Positions 53,637 through 64,000 of a stretch of DNA of 64,000 bases are shown one piece after another. The DNA comes from Lachnospiraceae bacterium (lineage in GTDB: Bacteria; Bacillota; Clostridia; Lachnospirales; Lachnospiraceae): positions 52,658 through 116,657 of the forward strand of contig JAILGE010000007.1 in assembly GCA_024697065.1 (NCBI GenBank), given 5' to 3'. Made by a program: the position numbers and the translations under genes. Under the pieces are notes generated by a model, which saw only the letters and a list, made by a program, of their open reading frames with translations, had not been told where the DNA came from and made no database searches. Position 1 is the stretch's first letter; each line of letters opens with the position of its first letter.

Positions 53637-55940
53637 ATGGATATTTACAGAAGGTATGCGCCTTTTATACAAGAATTCATTTACAGGAATAACTGGGAGA
53701 ATCTCCGTGCTATCCAGGCGGCAGCAGGAGATGCCATATTCAATACAAATGAAAATGTTCTTTTGTCGGCATCGACAGCATCAGGCAAAACCGAGGCTGC
53801 TTTTTTTCCTATACTCACGCTCTTAAATGAAGAACCTTCATCATCCATCGGTGTTTTGTATATAGCACCCCTAAAGGCTCTTATCAATGATCAGTTCATC
53901 AGATTAAACGATCTGTGTGAAGAGGCAGGTATTCCTGTCTGGCACTGGCACGGTGATGTTTCACCGGATAAGAAGCGGAAAATGATAAAGCATCCGGAAG
54001 GCATATTACAGATCACTCCGGAATCTCTGGAGGCAATGCTCCTAAGAAGGCACAGTGAGATCCCAAAGATCTTTGGTGATCTTAAGTTTGTTGTGATAGA
54101 TGAGATACACTCATTTCTGCGCTCCGACAGGGGCGGACAGATGTTATGTCTGTTAGAGAGACTGTCACGGGCAGCCTCCGTTAATCCCAGACGTGTAGGA
54201 CTCTCGGCTACGATAGGTGATCCGGGACTTGTGGGTGAATTCCTGGCAGCAGGTACGGGCAGAGGCACTGTTATCCCGAGGATAGAATCTGCGGGAGCCA
54301 ATTGGCGAATAAATATGGAGCACTTCTATCTGACAGCGCCTCAGGCATCGGAAAATCCCGTGAGGAACAAGCCTCAGTCAAAGAACGGGGGATCAGTGTC
54401 AGCTGACGATGAGGCTTTGAGAATGCGGATGGGGGATTTTCCCACGGAGCAAAAAAGCGATACAGCGCCTTCGGCAGCCGATCCCGGAATGGGATATATA
54501 TTTGAACATACCAGAGGAAAGAAGTGTCTTGTATTCTCAAATTCAAGAGAAGAATGCGAGGCTGTTACCCATGAGCTCAGACAGTATTGCGAAGCCATGC
54601 ATGAGCCTGACAGATTCCTGATCCATCACGGCAATCTGTCTACATCATACAGGGAAAGCGCGGAAGATATCATAAAAGAAGAAGACAGTCTTGTTACCAT
54701 ATGTACGACTTCAACTCTTGAACTCGGTATCGATATAGGAAGGCTGGAGAGGGCATTCCAGATAGATGCACCGTTTACGGTCTCTTCATTCCTGCAGCGT
54801 ATGGGAAGGACCGGAAGAAGAGGCGCACCTTCCGAAATGTGGTTTGTTATGCGTGAAGAACATGCAGAGCAAAGAGCGCTGCTTCCGGAGACGATCCCGT
54901 GGAAGCTTTTACAGGGCATCGCATTGATACAGTTGTATATTGAAGAGCGTTGGGTAGAACCTCCCACAACCGAAAGGTATCCGTACAGTTTATTATACCA
55001 TCAGACCATGAGTATCCTTGCGTCAGGAGGAGAGATGACTCCTGCCGAGCTTGCCGGCAGAGTGCTTACTCTTTCGTATTTTAGAAATGTCTCTCAGGAT
55101 GATTTCAGGATGCTTTTGAATCATCTTATTGAGAAGGATCATATTCAGCTGACTGAGCGCGGAGGTCTGATCGTAGGGCTTGAAGGTGAACGTGTAGTCA
55201 ATAATTTTAAATTCTATGCAGTGTTTCAGGATAATGAAGAATACAGCGTGCGCTGTGAATCCGAAGAACTGGGAACACTTGTTGCACCACCGCCTGTAGG
55301 CGACAAGATCGCCATTGCGGGACATGTATGGGTAGTGGAAGAAGTTGATCCGAAGCGCCATCAGGTTTACTGTTCTCTTGTTAAGGGAAATGTACCTGCC
55401 TATTTCGGAGATGTTCCCGGAGATATAAATACCAGGATCCTGTTAAGAATGAAGAAAGTCCTGGAGGAGAGGTTAACTTATCCTTACCTTTTAACCAATG
55501 CAAAGGCCAGATTATTCCAGGCAAGAGATACGGCCGAGAGATCCTTTGTTACTTCAAAGCCACTTGTTAATATCGGAGGCAGGATGTATTGCATTTTCCC
55601 GTGGCTCGGGACATATTCATTTCTTGCTATGGAGAGGTTCCTTAAAATACGTTGCGCGGAGAGGCTGGGACTTAAGGGATTTATTTCATTAAGACCGTAT
55701 TATATGCAGTTTACCATGGCGGTTTCCGAACAGGAATTCTACGATATACTCGCAGAAGAACTGGAGAAACCCTTAGATCCCATGGAACTTGTCTTTCCGA
55801 AGGAAGTGCCTGTTTTTGACAAATATGATGATATGCTCCCTGAAGAACTGGTAAAAAAGGGATTTGCTTACGGTGTTTTAAATATCGGGGAAATGCAAAA
55901 CTGCATACGTGGATGGATATCCGGACGGCGTGAACTTTAA
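53637..55940 (+). CDS. Lhr-like SF2 DEAD/DEAH-box helicase
   Basis: STASGKT, PLKALINDQ, TPESLE, DEIH, SAT, TSTLELGIDIG and QRMGRTGRR. Confidence 0.9.
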   Translation: MDIYRRYAPFIQEFIYRNNWENLRAIQAAAGDAIFNTNENVLLSASTASGKTEAAFFPILTLLNEEPSSSIGVLYIAPLKALINDQFIRLNDLCEEAGIPVWHWHGDVSPDKKRKMIKHPEGILQITPESLEAMLLRRHSEIPKIFGDLKFVVIDEIHSFLRSDRGGQMLCLLERLSRAASVNPRRVGLSATIGDPGLVGEFLAAGTGRGTVIPRIESAGANWRINMEHFYLTAPQASENPVRNKPQSKNGGSVSADDEALRMRMGDFPTEQKSDTAPSAADPGMGYIFEHTRGKKCLVFSNSREECEAVTHELRQYCEAMHEPDRFLIHHGNLSTSYRESAEDIIKEEDSLVTICTTSTLELGIDIGRLERAFQIDAPFTVSSFLQRMGRTGRRGAPSEMWFVMREEHAEQRALLPETIPWKLLQGIALIQLYIEERWVEPPTTERYPYSLLYHQTMSILASGGEMTPAELAGRVLTLSYFRNVSQDDFRMLLNHLIEKDHIQLTERGGLIVGLEGERVVNNFKFYAVFQDNEEYSVRCESEELGTLVAPPPVGDKIAIAGHVWVVEEVDPKRHQVYCSLVKGNVPAYFGDVPGDINTRILLRMKKVLEERLTYPYLLTNAKARLFQARDTAERSFVTSKPLVNIGGRMYCIFPWLGTYSFLAMERFLKIRCAERLGLKGFISLRPYYMQFTMAVSEQEFYDILAEELEKPLDPMELVFPKEVPVFDKYDDMLPEELVKKGFAYGVLNIGEMQNCIRGWISGRREL

Positions 55941-55986
55941 CGGTTTTAAGTCATGTATCATAATATGCCCAAAAGCATCCCGGTTT

Positions 55987-56004
55987 GTTAAGGATAATTT
56001 AAGG
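55987..56004 (+). promoter_or_regulatory. OmpR/PhoB-type direct repeat upstream of the DUF975-RR-HK operon
   Basis: GTTAAG-GATAA-TTTAAG(G), an 11-bp period matching the NTTAAG-N5-TTTAAG pattern. Confidence 0.55.
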
Positions 56005-56110
56005 TTATCAGATCTAAACGGAAAGATTTGAGCTGTAAGATGAACACATAAACTTAAATCCATAACAGCCTGCGAATATGAGCCGGCAAAAAAATGAGGA
56101 GGAAAAGATC

Positions 56111-56968
56111 ATGTGGACAAGAAAACAGCTTAAGGAAAGGGGAAAAAAAGCATTCACAGCCAATTATTGGAAGTGCCTGCTGGTAGCTCTTATATTTGCA
56201 ATGATCGCAGGAGGCGGCGGAAGCGGATACAGCGGAGGCGGCGGAAGGAGCGGAGCAGGAGCATTCGGAACAGCTGCTGAAGTAGATACTGTTGAGGATA
56301 CGGATGCCGATACGGATGAAGATGCGAATGACGAAGCTGATGATAATGAAGTTACAAATCAGGGCGACGTTGAATTCGCTCAGAGCTTTTCCGACAGTGC
56401 TGCGCAAAAGGGAGTTAAGGTTGCTGCGCTGATCATCGGTGGCATAGTTGCGGTGGTCATTGTTCTGTTAGTCCTTGTGATCGCATCGGTGGTTTCCGCA
56501 TTCGTTCTTAATCCCTTTGAACTTGGATGCTGCAGATTTTTTTACAGAAATCTTGATGAGCCGGCTAAAGTTTCAAATGTAGTATATGCATTTGATCATA
56601 ATTATATGAATCTGGTAAAGAACTTATTCTTCAGGGATCTTTACGTAATGCTTTGGAGTTTGCTTTTTATCATCCCCGGTATTGTAAAGGCATATGAATA
56701 CAGGATGATACCCTATATTTTGCAGGACAATCCGGAAATGAGCAAAGATGAAGTTTTTGATCTCAGCAGGAAGATGATGACGGGAAATAAATGGAAAGCT
56801 TTTGTTCTTGATCTTTCCTTTATGGGATGGCACATTTTATCGCTCTTTACATGTGGATTGTTATCTATCTTCTATGTAAGTCCTTACCAGAATTCAACAA
56901 ATGCCGCACTATACGAAGCTATCAAGCTTGAAAACGGTGCACAGGGAGATATCGTATATGAAGCATAA
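56111..56968 (+). CDS. DUF975 family membrane protein
   Basis: MWTRKQLKERGK, LWSLLFIIPGIVKAYEYRMIPYIL, MTGNKWKAFVLDLSF and VSPY..ALY. Confidence 0.85.
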   Translation: MWTRKQLKERGKKAFTANYWKCLLVALIFAMIAGGGGSGYSGGGGRSGAGAFGTAAEVDTVEDTDADTDEDANDEADDNEVTNQGDVEFAQSFSDSAAQKGVKVAALIIGGIVAVVIVLLVLVIASVVSAFVLNPFELGCCRFFYRNLDEPAKVSNVVYAFDHNYMNLVKNLFFRDLYVMLWSLLFIIPGIVKAYEYRMIPYILQDNPEMSKDEVFDLSRKMMTGNKWKAFVLDLSFMGWHILSLFTCGLLSIFYVSPYQNSTNAALYEAIKLENGAQGDIVYEA

Positions 56969-57644
56969 GATACTCATCGCAGATGATGAAGCTGAGATCA
57001 GAAACCTGTTACGTCTGTATCTTGAGAATGAAGGATATGATGTGACGGAAGCGAAGGACGGAGTCGAAGCACTCCGTCTCCTTCGTGACGAAAAGCCGGA
57101 TCTTTGCCTTTTGGATATAATGATGCCTGCCTCGGACGGATACCGGGTACTTAAGGAACTCAGAGAAACAAGTAATATCCCTGTTATTTTTATTTCTGCC
57201 AAGGATGCTGATTCGGAAAAGATTTTAGGGCTTAACCTGGGGGCGGATGATTATATCGCAAAACCTTTTGATCCCCTTGAAGCAGTGGCAAGAGTCAATT
57301 CCAATATCAGAAGATTTTATTCGCTGGGAGCTGCGAGCGGTGCGGTAAAGGAGTCTGTTAAGATAAAGGATCTTGAACTTGATATAGAATCCTGTATCCT
57401 CAAAAAACAGGGGCAGCCCATAGAACTCACAAGTGTGGAATATAAACTCATGGAACTGTTTATGACACATCCGGGCAAGGTCTTTACCAAGCAGCAGTTA
57501 TACGAACACGGCTGGGGAGATGAGTTTTTCCTGGCTGATAATAATATAATGGTCTGCATATCAAAGCTCCGTTCAAAATTATCCGACGACCCTTCGGCGT
57601 ATATCAAAACTCTGAGAGGGTTGGGATACCGTATGGAGAATTAA
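56958..57644 (+). CDS. OmpR-family response regulator
   Basis: ILIADDE, LLDIMMP, GADDYIAKPF and winged helix (TLRGLGYR). Confidence 0.95.
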   Translation: MKHKILIADDEAEIRNLLRLYLENEGYDVTEAKDGVEALRLLRDEKPDLCLLDIMMPASDGYRVLKELRETSNIPVIFISAKDADSEKILGLNLGADDYIAKPFDPLEAVARVNSNIRRFYSLGAASGAVKESVKIKDLELDIESCILKKQGQPIELTSVEYKLMELFMTHPGKVFTKQQLYEHGWGDEFFLADNNIMVCISKLRSKLSDDPSAYIKTLRGLGYRMEN

Positions 57645-58868
57645 ATGGATAAGCTGAAAGAATTAAGGATTTCTTTGATAAGAAAATTCTTAAGGACGGT
57701 GTTTGTGGTCAGTGTGGTGGAATATTTCCTCATCACATTGCTTTCACACACCGTTCAGCCTTTTGTGATTCATTTCTTTTTTAATGATGCAGAACCAGGA
57801 AGCCTGGGGATGATGGGTGTGCTGGTGGTAGCCATCATTGTTCTTGCAACCCTTATATCCGAGCTTATCATGATAATAATCCCCGGCAGGCTCGGTGCAC
57901 TGATCTCGAATATATCAGTCAGCATGGATAAGATCTCGGCGCTTGTTTTGGGAGATGCGGGGCTGTCATTGACTAAAATGGGGAAGATCCGGTCGCTGGA
58001 ACTGTTCGCCGTGATCTTAGCTTCACTTGTGATCCTGATAATCCCCTTCTTGATCGCTGCCGTGTATTTTGCGGGGATCATAATAAAGGATTTTAAACAG
58101 ATAGAGAAAGCCGATAAAGAAAAGCAAAGGGAATATGAGAGAAAAAGAAACCGTATGCTTTCCGATATCGCTCATGATCTGCGGACACCAATGACGACGG
58201 TATCGGGATATGCAAGGGCTTTGTCTGACGGACTGATAAAGGATGACGAAACACAAAAGAAATATCTTGATACCATAAGAGCAAAAACCGCGCGGATGAA
58301 TGAGCTCATCAATTTTCTGTTTGATTATGTTAAAACAGACAGTGAAGGTTTTGAGCTTCATAAAGAAAAGACGGATATCTGTGAGCTTGCAAGGGAATGC
58401 GTTGTCGTGCTCTACAGTGACATGGAAGAAAAGGAGATAGAGACGGATGTCGATATCCCTGACGAGATCATCGAGATAGAAGCGGACAAACTCCAGCTTT
58501 CGAGAGTGATAACAAATCTGATAAACAATGCGATCAAGCATAATGACAAAGGAACACGTATCGGGATAATCCTTGAAAGGGATTACAATTCTTTACGCCT
58601 CATGATCGCGGACAACGGGAAAAAGATAGATGATGATATGGCTGAACATATCTTCGAGCCATTCTATATGGGAGACGAATCGAGAAACAGCAGAGGGGGA
58701 ACGGGACTCGGTCTGTCTATAGCCGAAAGGATAATCTCTCTTCACGGATTTAAGATAAAGCTTATCCGGTCGCCGTTTATCAAAAAATATCCCAAAGCAG
58801 AAAGCTACGAGAAGATGTTTATGATAACGATGGATATTCCGGATGCGAAAGAGTTAACTCCCACTTGA
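57645..58868 (+). CDS. Sensor histidine kinase
   Basis: TMs, IAHDLRTP, NLINNAIKH and GTGLGLSI. Confidence 0.95.
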   Translation: MDKLKELRISLIRKFLRTVFVVSVVEYFLITLLSHTVQPFVIHFFFNDAEPGSLGMMGVLVVAIIVLATLISELIMIIIPGRLGALISNISVSMDKISALVLGDAGLSLTKMGKIRSLELFAVILASLVILIIPFLIAAVYFAGIIIKDFKQIEKADKEKQREYERKRNRMLSDIAHDLRTPMTTVSGYARALSDGLIKDDETQKKYLDTIRAKTARMNELINFLFDYVKTDSEGFELHKEKTDICELARECVVVLYSDMEEKEIETDVDIPDEIIEIEADKLQLSRVITNLINNAIKHNDKGTRIGIILERDYNSLRLMIADNGKKIDDDMAEHIFEPFYMGDESRNSRGGTGLGLSIAERIISLHGFKIKLIRSPFIKKYPKAESYEKMFMITMDIPDAKELTPT

Positions 58869-58916
58869 TTTTATGTAAATGTGGTGTTAAACTGTCTAAC
58901 GATAAGAGATGTTTAG

Positions 58917-58947
58917 TAAGAGAAGGTTCGCGCCTTCTCTTATTTGT
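58917..58947 (+). terminator. rimP leader hairpin (probable weak, NusA-dependent attenuator)
   Basis: TAAGAGAAGG-TTCGCG-CCTTCTCTTA with a poor U tract, just upstream of rimP. The position matches the ylxS/rimP leader known in B. subtilis. Confidence 0.6.
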
Positions 58948-58967
58948 TGTAAGAGACGGAGAATGAT

Positions 58968-59432
58968 ATGTCTGCAAAACAGTATGAGGAGATGGCGGAA
59001 AGCCTTGTTACTCCCATCACGGAATCTATGGGGATTTCCGTTTATGATGTGGAATATGTAAAAGAAGGCGGCGACCATTATCTGCGGATCTACATCGACA
59101 AACCGGGCGGCGTGAACATAAATGACTGTGAAGCTGTAAGCCGTGCCTTTTCCGACAGGCTCGATGAGGTTGATCCCATTCCGGATGCTTATATCATGGA
59201 AGTGAGCAGCCCGGGGCTCGGCAGGAGTCTGAAGAAGGACCGGCACTTTGAAAAGAGTATAGGCGCCGAAGTTGATATAAAGCTTTTTGAAGCTCAGGAT
59301 GGCACAAAGGAATACAGCGGAGTACTCAAGGCTTTTGATAAAGATACGGTGACCATAACCGTAGACGGCAATGAAGATAAGTCTTTTGCGAGAAAAGGAA
59401 TTGCATCAACGAGACTTAAGATAGATTTTTAA
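58968..59432 (+). CDS. rimP: Ribosome maturation factor RimP
   Basis: LRIYIDKPGGV..DCE, YIMEVSSPGL.R and synteny with nusA. Confidence 0.96.
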   Translation: MSAKQYEEMAESLVTPITESMGISVYDVEYVKEGGDHYLRIYIDKPGGVNINDCEAVSRAFSDRLDEVDPIPDAYIMEVSSPGLGRSLKKDRHFEKSIGAEVDIKLFEAQDGTKEYSGVLKAFDKDTVTITVDGNEDKSFARKGIASTRLKIDF

Positions 59433-59482
59433 AAAGATCATCAGTACATTTAACACCAATATTTCCAGGAGGAAAAAGGAAA

Positions 59483-60673
59483 ATGAACACAGAACTGAAG
59501 CAGGCACTTGATGTACTTGAAAGGGAGAAAGAGATTCCCAGAGATAGTATTTTTGAGGCGATCAGCAATTCGCTTGTAACAGCATGCGGAAAGAAGTACA
59601 AGAGCTCCGACAATATCCGTGTCGATATCGACAGGGATGAATGTGAGTTCCATGTTATCGCCACCAAGGAAGTAATAGAGCTTGCCGATGATGTAATGGA
59701 TCCGGCTATCGAGATCAGTCTTGATGATGCAAAGAAGGTTGAGCCTGATGCAAAGCCCGGAGATATGGTTGAGATCGAGATCGATTCCAGAGAGTTCGGA
59801 CGTATCGCAACCCAGACCGCTAAGAGCGTTATCACACAGAGACTTCGTGAAGAAGAAAGAAATGTTATCTTTAATCAGTTTGCTGACAAGCGCAGAGAAG
59901 TTATCACAGGTGTGATCCAGAGACGTGTAGGAAAGGGCTGGAGCGTAAATCTCGGAAGAACAGATGCTCTTCTTCCCGATTCCGAGACTGTTCCTTCGGA
60001 ACACCTTAAGGCAAACAGCAGGGTAAAGGTTTATGTTCTTGAAGTCCTTGCAACATCAAAGGGATCAAGGATCACCGTAAGCCGTTCTCATCCGGATCTT
60101 GTAAAGCGTCTCTTTGAAGAGGAAGTTACAGAGATCAAGGACGGTACCGTTGAGATCATGAATATCGCGAGAGAGCCCGGCAGTCGTACCAAGATCGCAG
60201 TTCTTTCCAACAATCCCAATGTGGATCCTGTGGGTGCATGTGTCGGAGTTAACGGTATCCGTGTTAATGCCATTGTTAATGAGCTTTTCGGAGAGAAGAT
60301 CGATATCATCTGCTGGGATGAGAATCCCGGTGAGCTTATAAAGAATGCGCTTTCACCTGCAAAGATCGTAAATGTATTTGCCGATCCCGAAGAGAAGAAG
60401 GCAAATGTTGTCGTTCCCGACAGCCAGCTTTCACTTGCCATCGGTAAGGCAGGACAGAATGCAAGACTTGCCGCAAAGCTTACAAATTACAAGATCGATA
60501 TCAAATCCGAATCACAGGCTAAGGATGCCTTCGGATTCAGGATCGAGGACTATATGGACGGTGAGTACGAAGAAGGTACTTATGAAGAGGCTTCTTTCGA
60601 AGGAGAATATGAAAATGAAGCTCCTGAGACAGCTGAGTCTGCAGAAGTGACAGAAGCACCTGAGGAAAACTGA
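59483..60673 (+). CDS. nusA: Transcription termination factor NusA
   Basis: FGRIATQTAK, AREPGSRTKIAV, DPVGACVG and AIGKAGQNARLAAKLT. Confidence 0.97.
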   Translation: MNTELKQALDVLEREKEIPRDSIFEAISNSLVTACGKKYKSSDNIRVDIDRDECEFHVIATKEVIELADDVMDPAIEISLDDAKKVEPDAKPGDMVEIEIDSREFGRIATQTAKSVITQRLREEERNVIFNQFADKRREVITGVIQRRVGKGWSVNLGRTDALLPDSETVPSEHLKANSRVKVYVLEVLATSKGSRITVSRSHPDLVKRLFEEEVTEIKDGTVEIMNIAREPGSRTKIAVLSNNPNVDPVGACVGVNGIRVNAIVNELFGEKIDIICWDENPGELIKNALSPAKIVNVFADPEEKKANVVVPDSQLSLAIGKAGQNARLAAKLTNYKIDIKSESQAKDAFGFRIEDYMDGEYEEGTYEEASFEGEYENEAPETAESAEVTEAPEEN

Positions 60674-60695
60674 GAAACTGAAAGTAAGGTTGCCT

Positions 60696-60965
60696 ATGGC
60701 TAAGAAGATCCCGCAGCGGTCATGCGCCGGATGCGGAGCTGTAAAAGATAAAACTGAACTGATGCGTGTCATACGTACGCCGGAAGGTCAGATCACATTG
60801 GACCGGACCGGCAGAGCTGCAGGGCGCGGTGCCTATGTGTGCAGAGACCTTGCATGTCTGACTAAGCTCAGGAAGAAGAACGGACTGGCAAGATCCTTTG
60901 GGATGCCGGTTCCGGAAGAGATTTATGATGCTTTGGAAAAGGAGTTTGAAGTTGACGCCAGATAA
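60696..60965 (+). CDS. ylxR: YlxR family RNA-binding protein
   Basis: PQRSCAGC, GRGAYVC and synteny. Confidence 0.93.
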   Translation: MAKKIPQRSCAGCGAVKDKTELMRVIRTPEGQITLDRTGRAAGRGAYVCRDLACLTKLRKKNGLARSFGMPVPEEIYDALEKEFEVDAR

Positions 60966-61287
60966 AATCCTTTCACTCCTTGGCATGGCGCAGAAGGCCG
61001 GTAAGATTTCCGGCGGAGCGTTTCAGGTCGAACAGAGTGTCAAAAGTAAAAAAGCAAAGCTGGTGATCATATCCGAAGATATGTCGGAACGATCGGCCAA
61101 ACAATATAATGATATGTGTTCCTATCACAAGGTACCGCTCGTAAAGTACGGAGATATGGAGTCTCTCGGACATGCGATAGGTAAGGAATACAGAGCGGCA
61201 GTAGCGGTTAATGATGCAGGATTTGCTGAGAGTCTGTTGAAGCTTATCAATGCATCGGATAATGGAGGTAGTCGGATTAATGGGTAG
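60952..61287 (+). CDS. ylxQ: L7Ae-family protein YlxQ
   Basis: [12 protein letters not shown] and LGHAIGK. TTG start after GGAG. Confidence 0.9.
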   Translation: MTPDKILSLLGMAQKAGKISGGAFQVEQSVKSKKAKLVIISEDMSERSAKQYNDMCSYHKVPLVKYGDMESLGHAIGKEYRAAVAVNDAGFAESLLKLINASDNGGSRING

Positions 61288-64000
61288 AAGGATCAGTTCA
61301 TTTTCAAAGGAATGGAAAGACGGCAAGGGAGAGCAGCTTGCCAACAGTTTCGTGATAGAACTGTTAAAAAAGCATGGTGTGGACGGAAAGACCGCATCCA
61401 GCAATATATCCGATGAGGAAGCCGCAAGTATAATGTCCGACCTTAAGAAGGCCGGTTATACCACCGGAGATGCTGCTGCTTCGGATGCAAAGGATCAGGC
61501 TAAAAGCACGGATAAAAAGGAAAATCCTGCGAAAAAGGATGCGCCGGCACCCAGGGCAGAAGAAAAGTCTGCAAAGAATGATGCTCAGAAGACTGCAGCG
61601 AAAGATGCTCAGCCCAAGAAAAAGAAGATCATCATTGTCGCAGGCAGCAATCAGGGTGGTCAGGGAAGAACCGCAGCGGCAGCTCCTTCACGCGGCCAGG
61701 GCGGTAACTTTTCAAGAGGACCGATCAAGCCCAGAGAGAATATGATAGACCGTGCGGGTGCAGCTGCACGTCGTGAAGAATATGAGAGAGAGCAGGCAGA
61801 AGCCGCAAAGGCCGCAGAAGAAAAGACCGCTGCAGCTGCCAAAGCTGAAGAAGCTGCTTCTCAGACAAGCACTAAACCTGCGGAAACAGAACCCGCAAGA
61901 GAAGTAAGAAATGAAAGACCTGAGAGGAAAGAGAGAACTGACAGGCCCGAAAGAACTGACAGACCTGAAAGATCCGACAGACCTCAGTCCGGTGACCGAC
62001 CTGCAAGAAGCTTTGACCAGAGAGGTTATGATCAGAGAAGTGAAGGAGGATTCAGATCTCAGGGACAGAGACGCTCCGGTGACGGATCCGGCAGACCTTA
62101 CGGCGGTCAGGGTGGAAGACCCGGTAACAGCCAGGGAGGCGGACGTCCTTTCGGTGGCGGCCAGGGAGGCAGACCCGGAGCCGGCAGACCTTTTGGCGGC
62201 AACCAGGGAGGCGGACGTCCTTTCGGCGGCGGCCAGGGAGGCGGAAGACCCTTCGGCGGCGGCCAGGGAGGCAGACCCGGAGCAGGCAGAGCAGAAGCTG
62301 CTCCCATCCCTCAGGAAACAAGAAGAGGCAAGCACTCGGAGAAGGATCGTGATCGTGAGAATCGCAGAGATTCAAGGTATGACGATGAAGAACGCGGACG
62401 CGATCGTAACAGTGCTGCAGGAAGATTCATCAAGCCTGTTGCCAAGAAAGTTGAAGAACCTGAGGATGATATCAAGGTGATCAAGCTCCCCGAGACAGTG
62501 ACCATCAAGGAGTTTGCGGAGCGTATGCATATTCAGCCCGCAGATATCGTTAAGAAGCTCTTCATGCAGGGTGAAATGGTGACAGTCAATCAGGAGATCG
62601 ATTTTGAGAAGGCTGAGCTTATAGCACTTGATTATGAGATCATGTGTGAGAAGGAAGAGAAAGTCGATGTTATCGCAGAGCTTCTCAAAGAAGAGGATGA
62701 AGATGAGAGCAAGCTTGTTTCACGTCCTCCCGTTATCTGTGTAATGGGTCACGTTGATCACGGTAAGACTTCACTCCTTGATGCCATCAGAAAGACCAAT
62801 GTTATCGAACAGGAAGCCGGCGGTATCACTCAGAAGATCGGTGCTTATACCGTTAGCGTTGAAGGCAGGAAGATCACATTCCTTGATACACCGGGACATG
62901 AAGCCTTTACTGCAATGCGTATGAGAGGTGCCAATGCAACGGATATCGCTGTACTCGTTGTCGCAGCCGATGACGGTGTTATGCCTCAGACTGTTGAAGC
63001 TATAAATCATGCAAAAGCAGCCGGTATTGAACTGATAGTTGCCGTTAATAAGATAGATAAGCCCGGCGCTAATGTTGACAGGGTTAAGCAGGAGCTCACG
63101 GAATATGAGCTTGTATCCGAAGACTGGGGCGGAACTACAGTATTCGTTCCCGTATCCGCAAAGTCGGGAGAAGGCATAGACAAGCTTCTCGAGATGATCC
63201 TTCTTACGGCGGATGTACTTGAGCTTAAGGCTAATCCCAACAGACGTGCCAGAGGTCTTGTTATCGAGGCTGAGCTTGATAAGGGACGCGGACCCGTAGC
63301 TACAATACTGGTGCAGAAGGGTACACTTAAGGTTGGTGATTTCGTATCTGCAGGTGCATCTCATGGTAAGGTTCGTGCGATGATCGATGATAAGGGAAGG
63401 CGCGTTAAGGAAGCAGGTCCCTCTACACCTGTTGAGATACTTGGCCTGAGCGATGTTCCCAATGCAGGTGAGGTATTCATCTGTCATCCCAACGAGAAGG
63501 AAGCAAAATCCTTCGCTGCTACTTTCATCACCCAGAACAAGGAGAAGAAGATCGCAGAGACACGTTCCAAGATGTCACTTACGGATCTCTTCGACAAGAT
63601 CAAGGAAGGTACATTAAAAGAACTTAATCTCATCATCAAGGCTGACGTACAGGGATCTGTTGAAGCGGTTAAGCAGTCTCTGGAGAAGCTTTCAAATGAT
63701 GAAGTCATCGTTAAAGTTATTCATGGCGGTGTTGGTGCCATAAATGAATCCGATGTCGTACTTGCAAGTGCTTCAAATGCCATAATCATCGGTTTCGATG
63801 TCAGACCTGACGTTGTTGCTAAGCAGACTGCTGAGCGTGAAGGCGTAGATATCAGACTCTATGATGTAATCTATAAGGCTATAGAAGACGTTGAAGCTGC
63901 CATGAAGGGTATGCTTGAGCCCGTATATGAAGAGAAAGTCATCGGTCACGCAGAAGTCCGTCAGATCTTCAAGGCATCGGCTATCGGTAATATCGCAGGA
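61280..64000 (+). CDS. infB: Translation initiation factor IF-2 (3' end outside window; missed by the ORF track)
   Basis: ATG 61280 after GGAGG. Frame contains [33 protein letters not shown] and DTPGHEAF. Open to the window end. Confidence 0.97.
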   Translation, partial: MGRRISSFSKEWKDGKGEQLANSFVIELLKKHGVDGKTASSNISDEEAASIMSDLKKAGYTTGDAAASDAKDQAKSTDKKENPAKKDAPAPRAEEKSAKNDAQKTAAKDAQPKKKKIIIVAGSNQGGQGRTAAAAPSRGQGGNFSRGPIKPRENMIDRAGAAARREEYEREQAEAAKAAEEKTAAAAKAEEAASQTSTKPAETEPAREVRNERPERKERTDRPERTDRPERSDRPQSGDRPARSFDQRGYDQRSEGGFRSQGQRRSGDGSGRPYGGQGGRPGNSQGGGRPFGGGQGGRPGAGRPFGGNQGGGRPFGGGQGGGRPFGGGQGGRPGAGRAEAAPIPQETRRGKHSEKDRDRENRRDSRYDDEERGRDRNSAAGRFIKPVAKKVEEPEDDIKVIKLPETVTIKEFAERMHIQPADIVKKLFMQGEMVTVNQEIDFEKAELIALDYEIMCEKEEKVDVIAELLKEEDEDESKLVSRPPVICVMGHVDHGKTSLLDAIRKTNVIEQEAGGITQKIGAYTVSVEGRKITFLDTPGHEAFTAMRMRGANATDIAVLVVAADDGVMPQTVEAINHAKAAGIELIVAVNKIDKPGANVDRVKQELTEYELVSEDWGGTTVFVPVSAKSGEGIDKLLEMILLTADVLELKANPNRRARGLVIEAELDKGRGPVATILVQKGTLKVGDFVSAGASHGKVRAMIDDKGRRVKEAGPSTPVEILGLSDVPNAGEVFICHPNEKEAKSFAATFITQNKEKKIAETRSKMSLTDLFDKIKEGTLKELNLIIKADVQGSVEAVKQSLEKLSNDEVIVKVIHGGVGAINESDVVLASASNAIIIGFDVRPDVVAKQTAEREGVDIRLYDVIYKAIEDVEAAMKGMLEPVYEEKVIGHAEVRQIFKASAIGNIAG
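62085..62290 (+). repeat. Gly-rich repeat in the IF-2 N-terminus ([10 protein letters not shown] / GGRPGAGR)
   Basis: CAGGGAGGCGGACGTCCTTTCGGCGGCGGC-type units repeated several times. Confidence 0.85.

Overview
A 64-kb, mostly core-genome segment with every credible gene on the + strand. It most likely comes from a Lachnospiraceae-type anaerobic Firmicute; this is inferred from gene content and synteny, not from a database search. In order it carries hom-lysC, a GAF-GGDEF cyclase plus a CHASE2 adenylate cyclase, four tRNAs (Gly; Arg-His-Gln) and several cell-envelope proteins. Next come an NrdR-boxed nrdD with a fused glutaredoxin-like domain, pyrF/pyrE, an amino-acid ABC transporter, purE-M-N-D and gntR-clpC-radA-surE. 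The rest comprises a peptide/nickel ABC operon, yqeG-aroE, a T-box leader, cstA, an EAL phosphodiesterase, a TerB_N/C + P-loop ATPase + Lhr-like helicase triad, a two-component system and rimP-nusA-ylxR-ylxQ-infB (runs off the end). I saw no CRISPR array, rRNA, integrase or transposase. The feature least explained by the genes is an ORF-free unit of about 490 nt at 5837-6360. It has a stable-RNA-type promoter, a terminator, several hairpins, long-range helices and a predicted pseudoknot, making it a candidate large structured ncRNA. Next most interesting are the putative defence triad at 50.6-55.9 kb and a T-box with no synthetase or biosynthetic gene behind it. Products were assigned by eye from motifs; no searches or folding programs were run.
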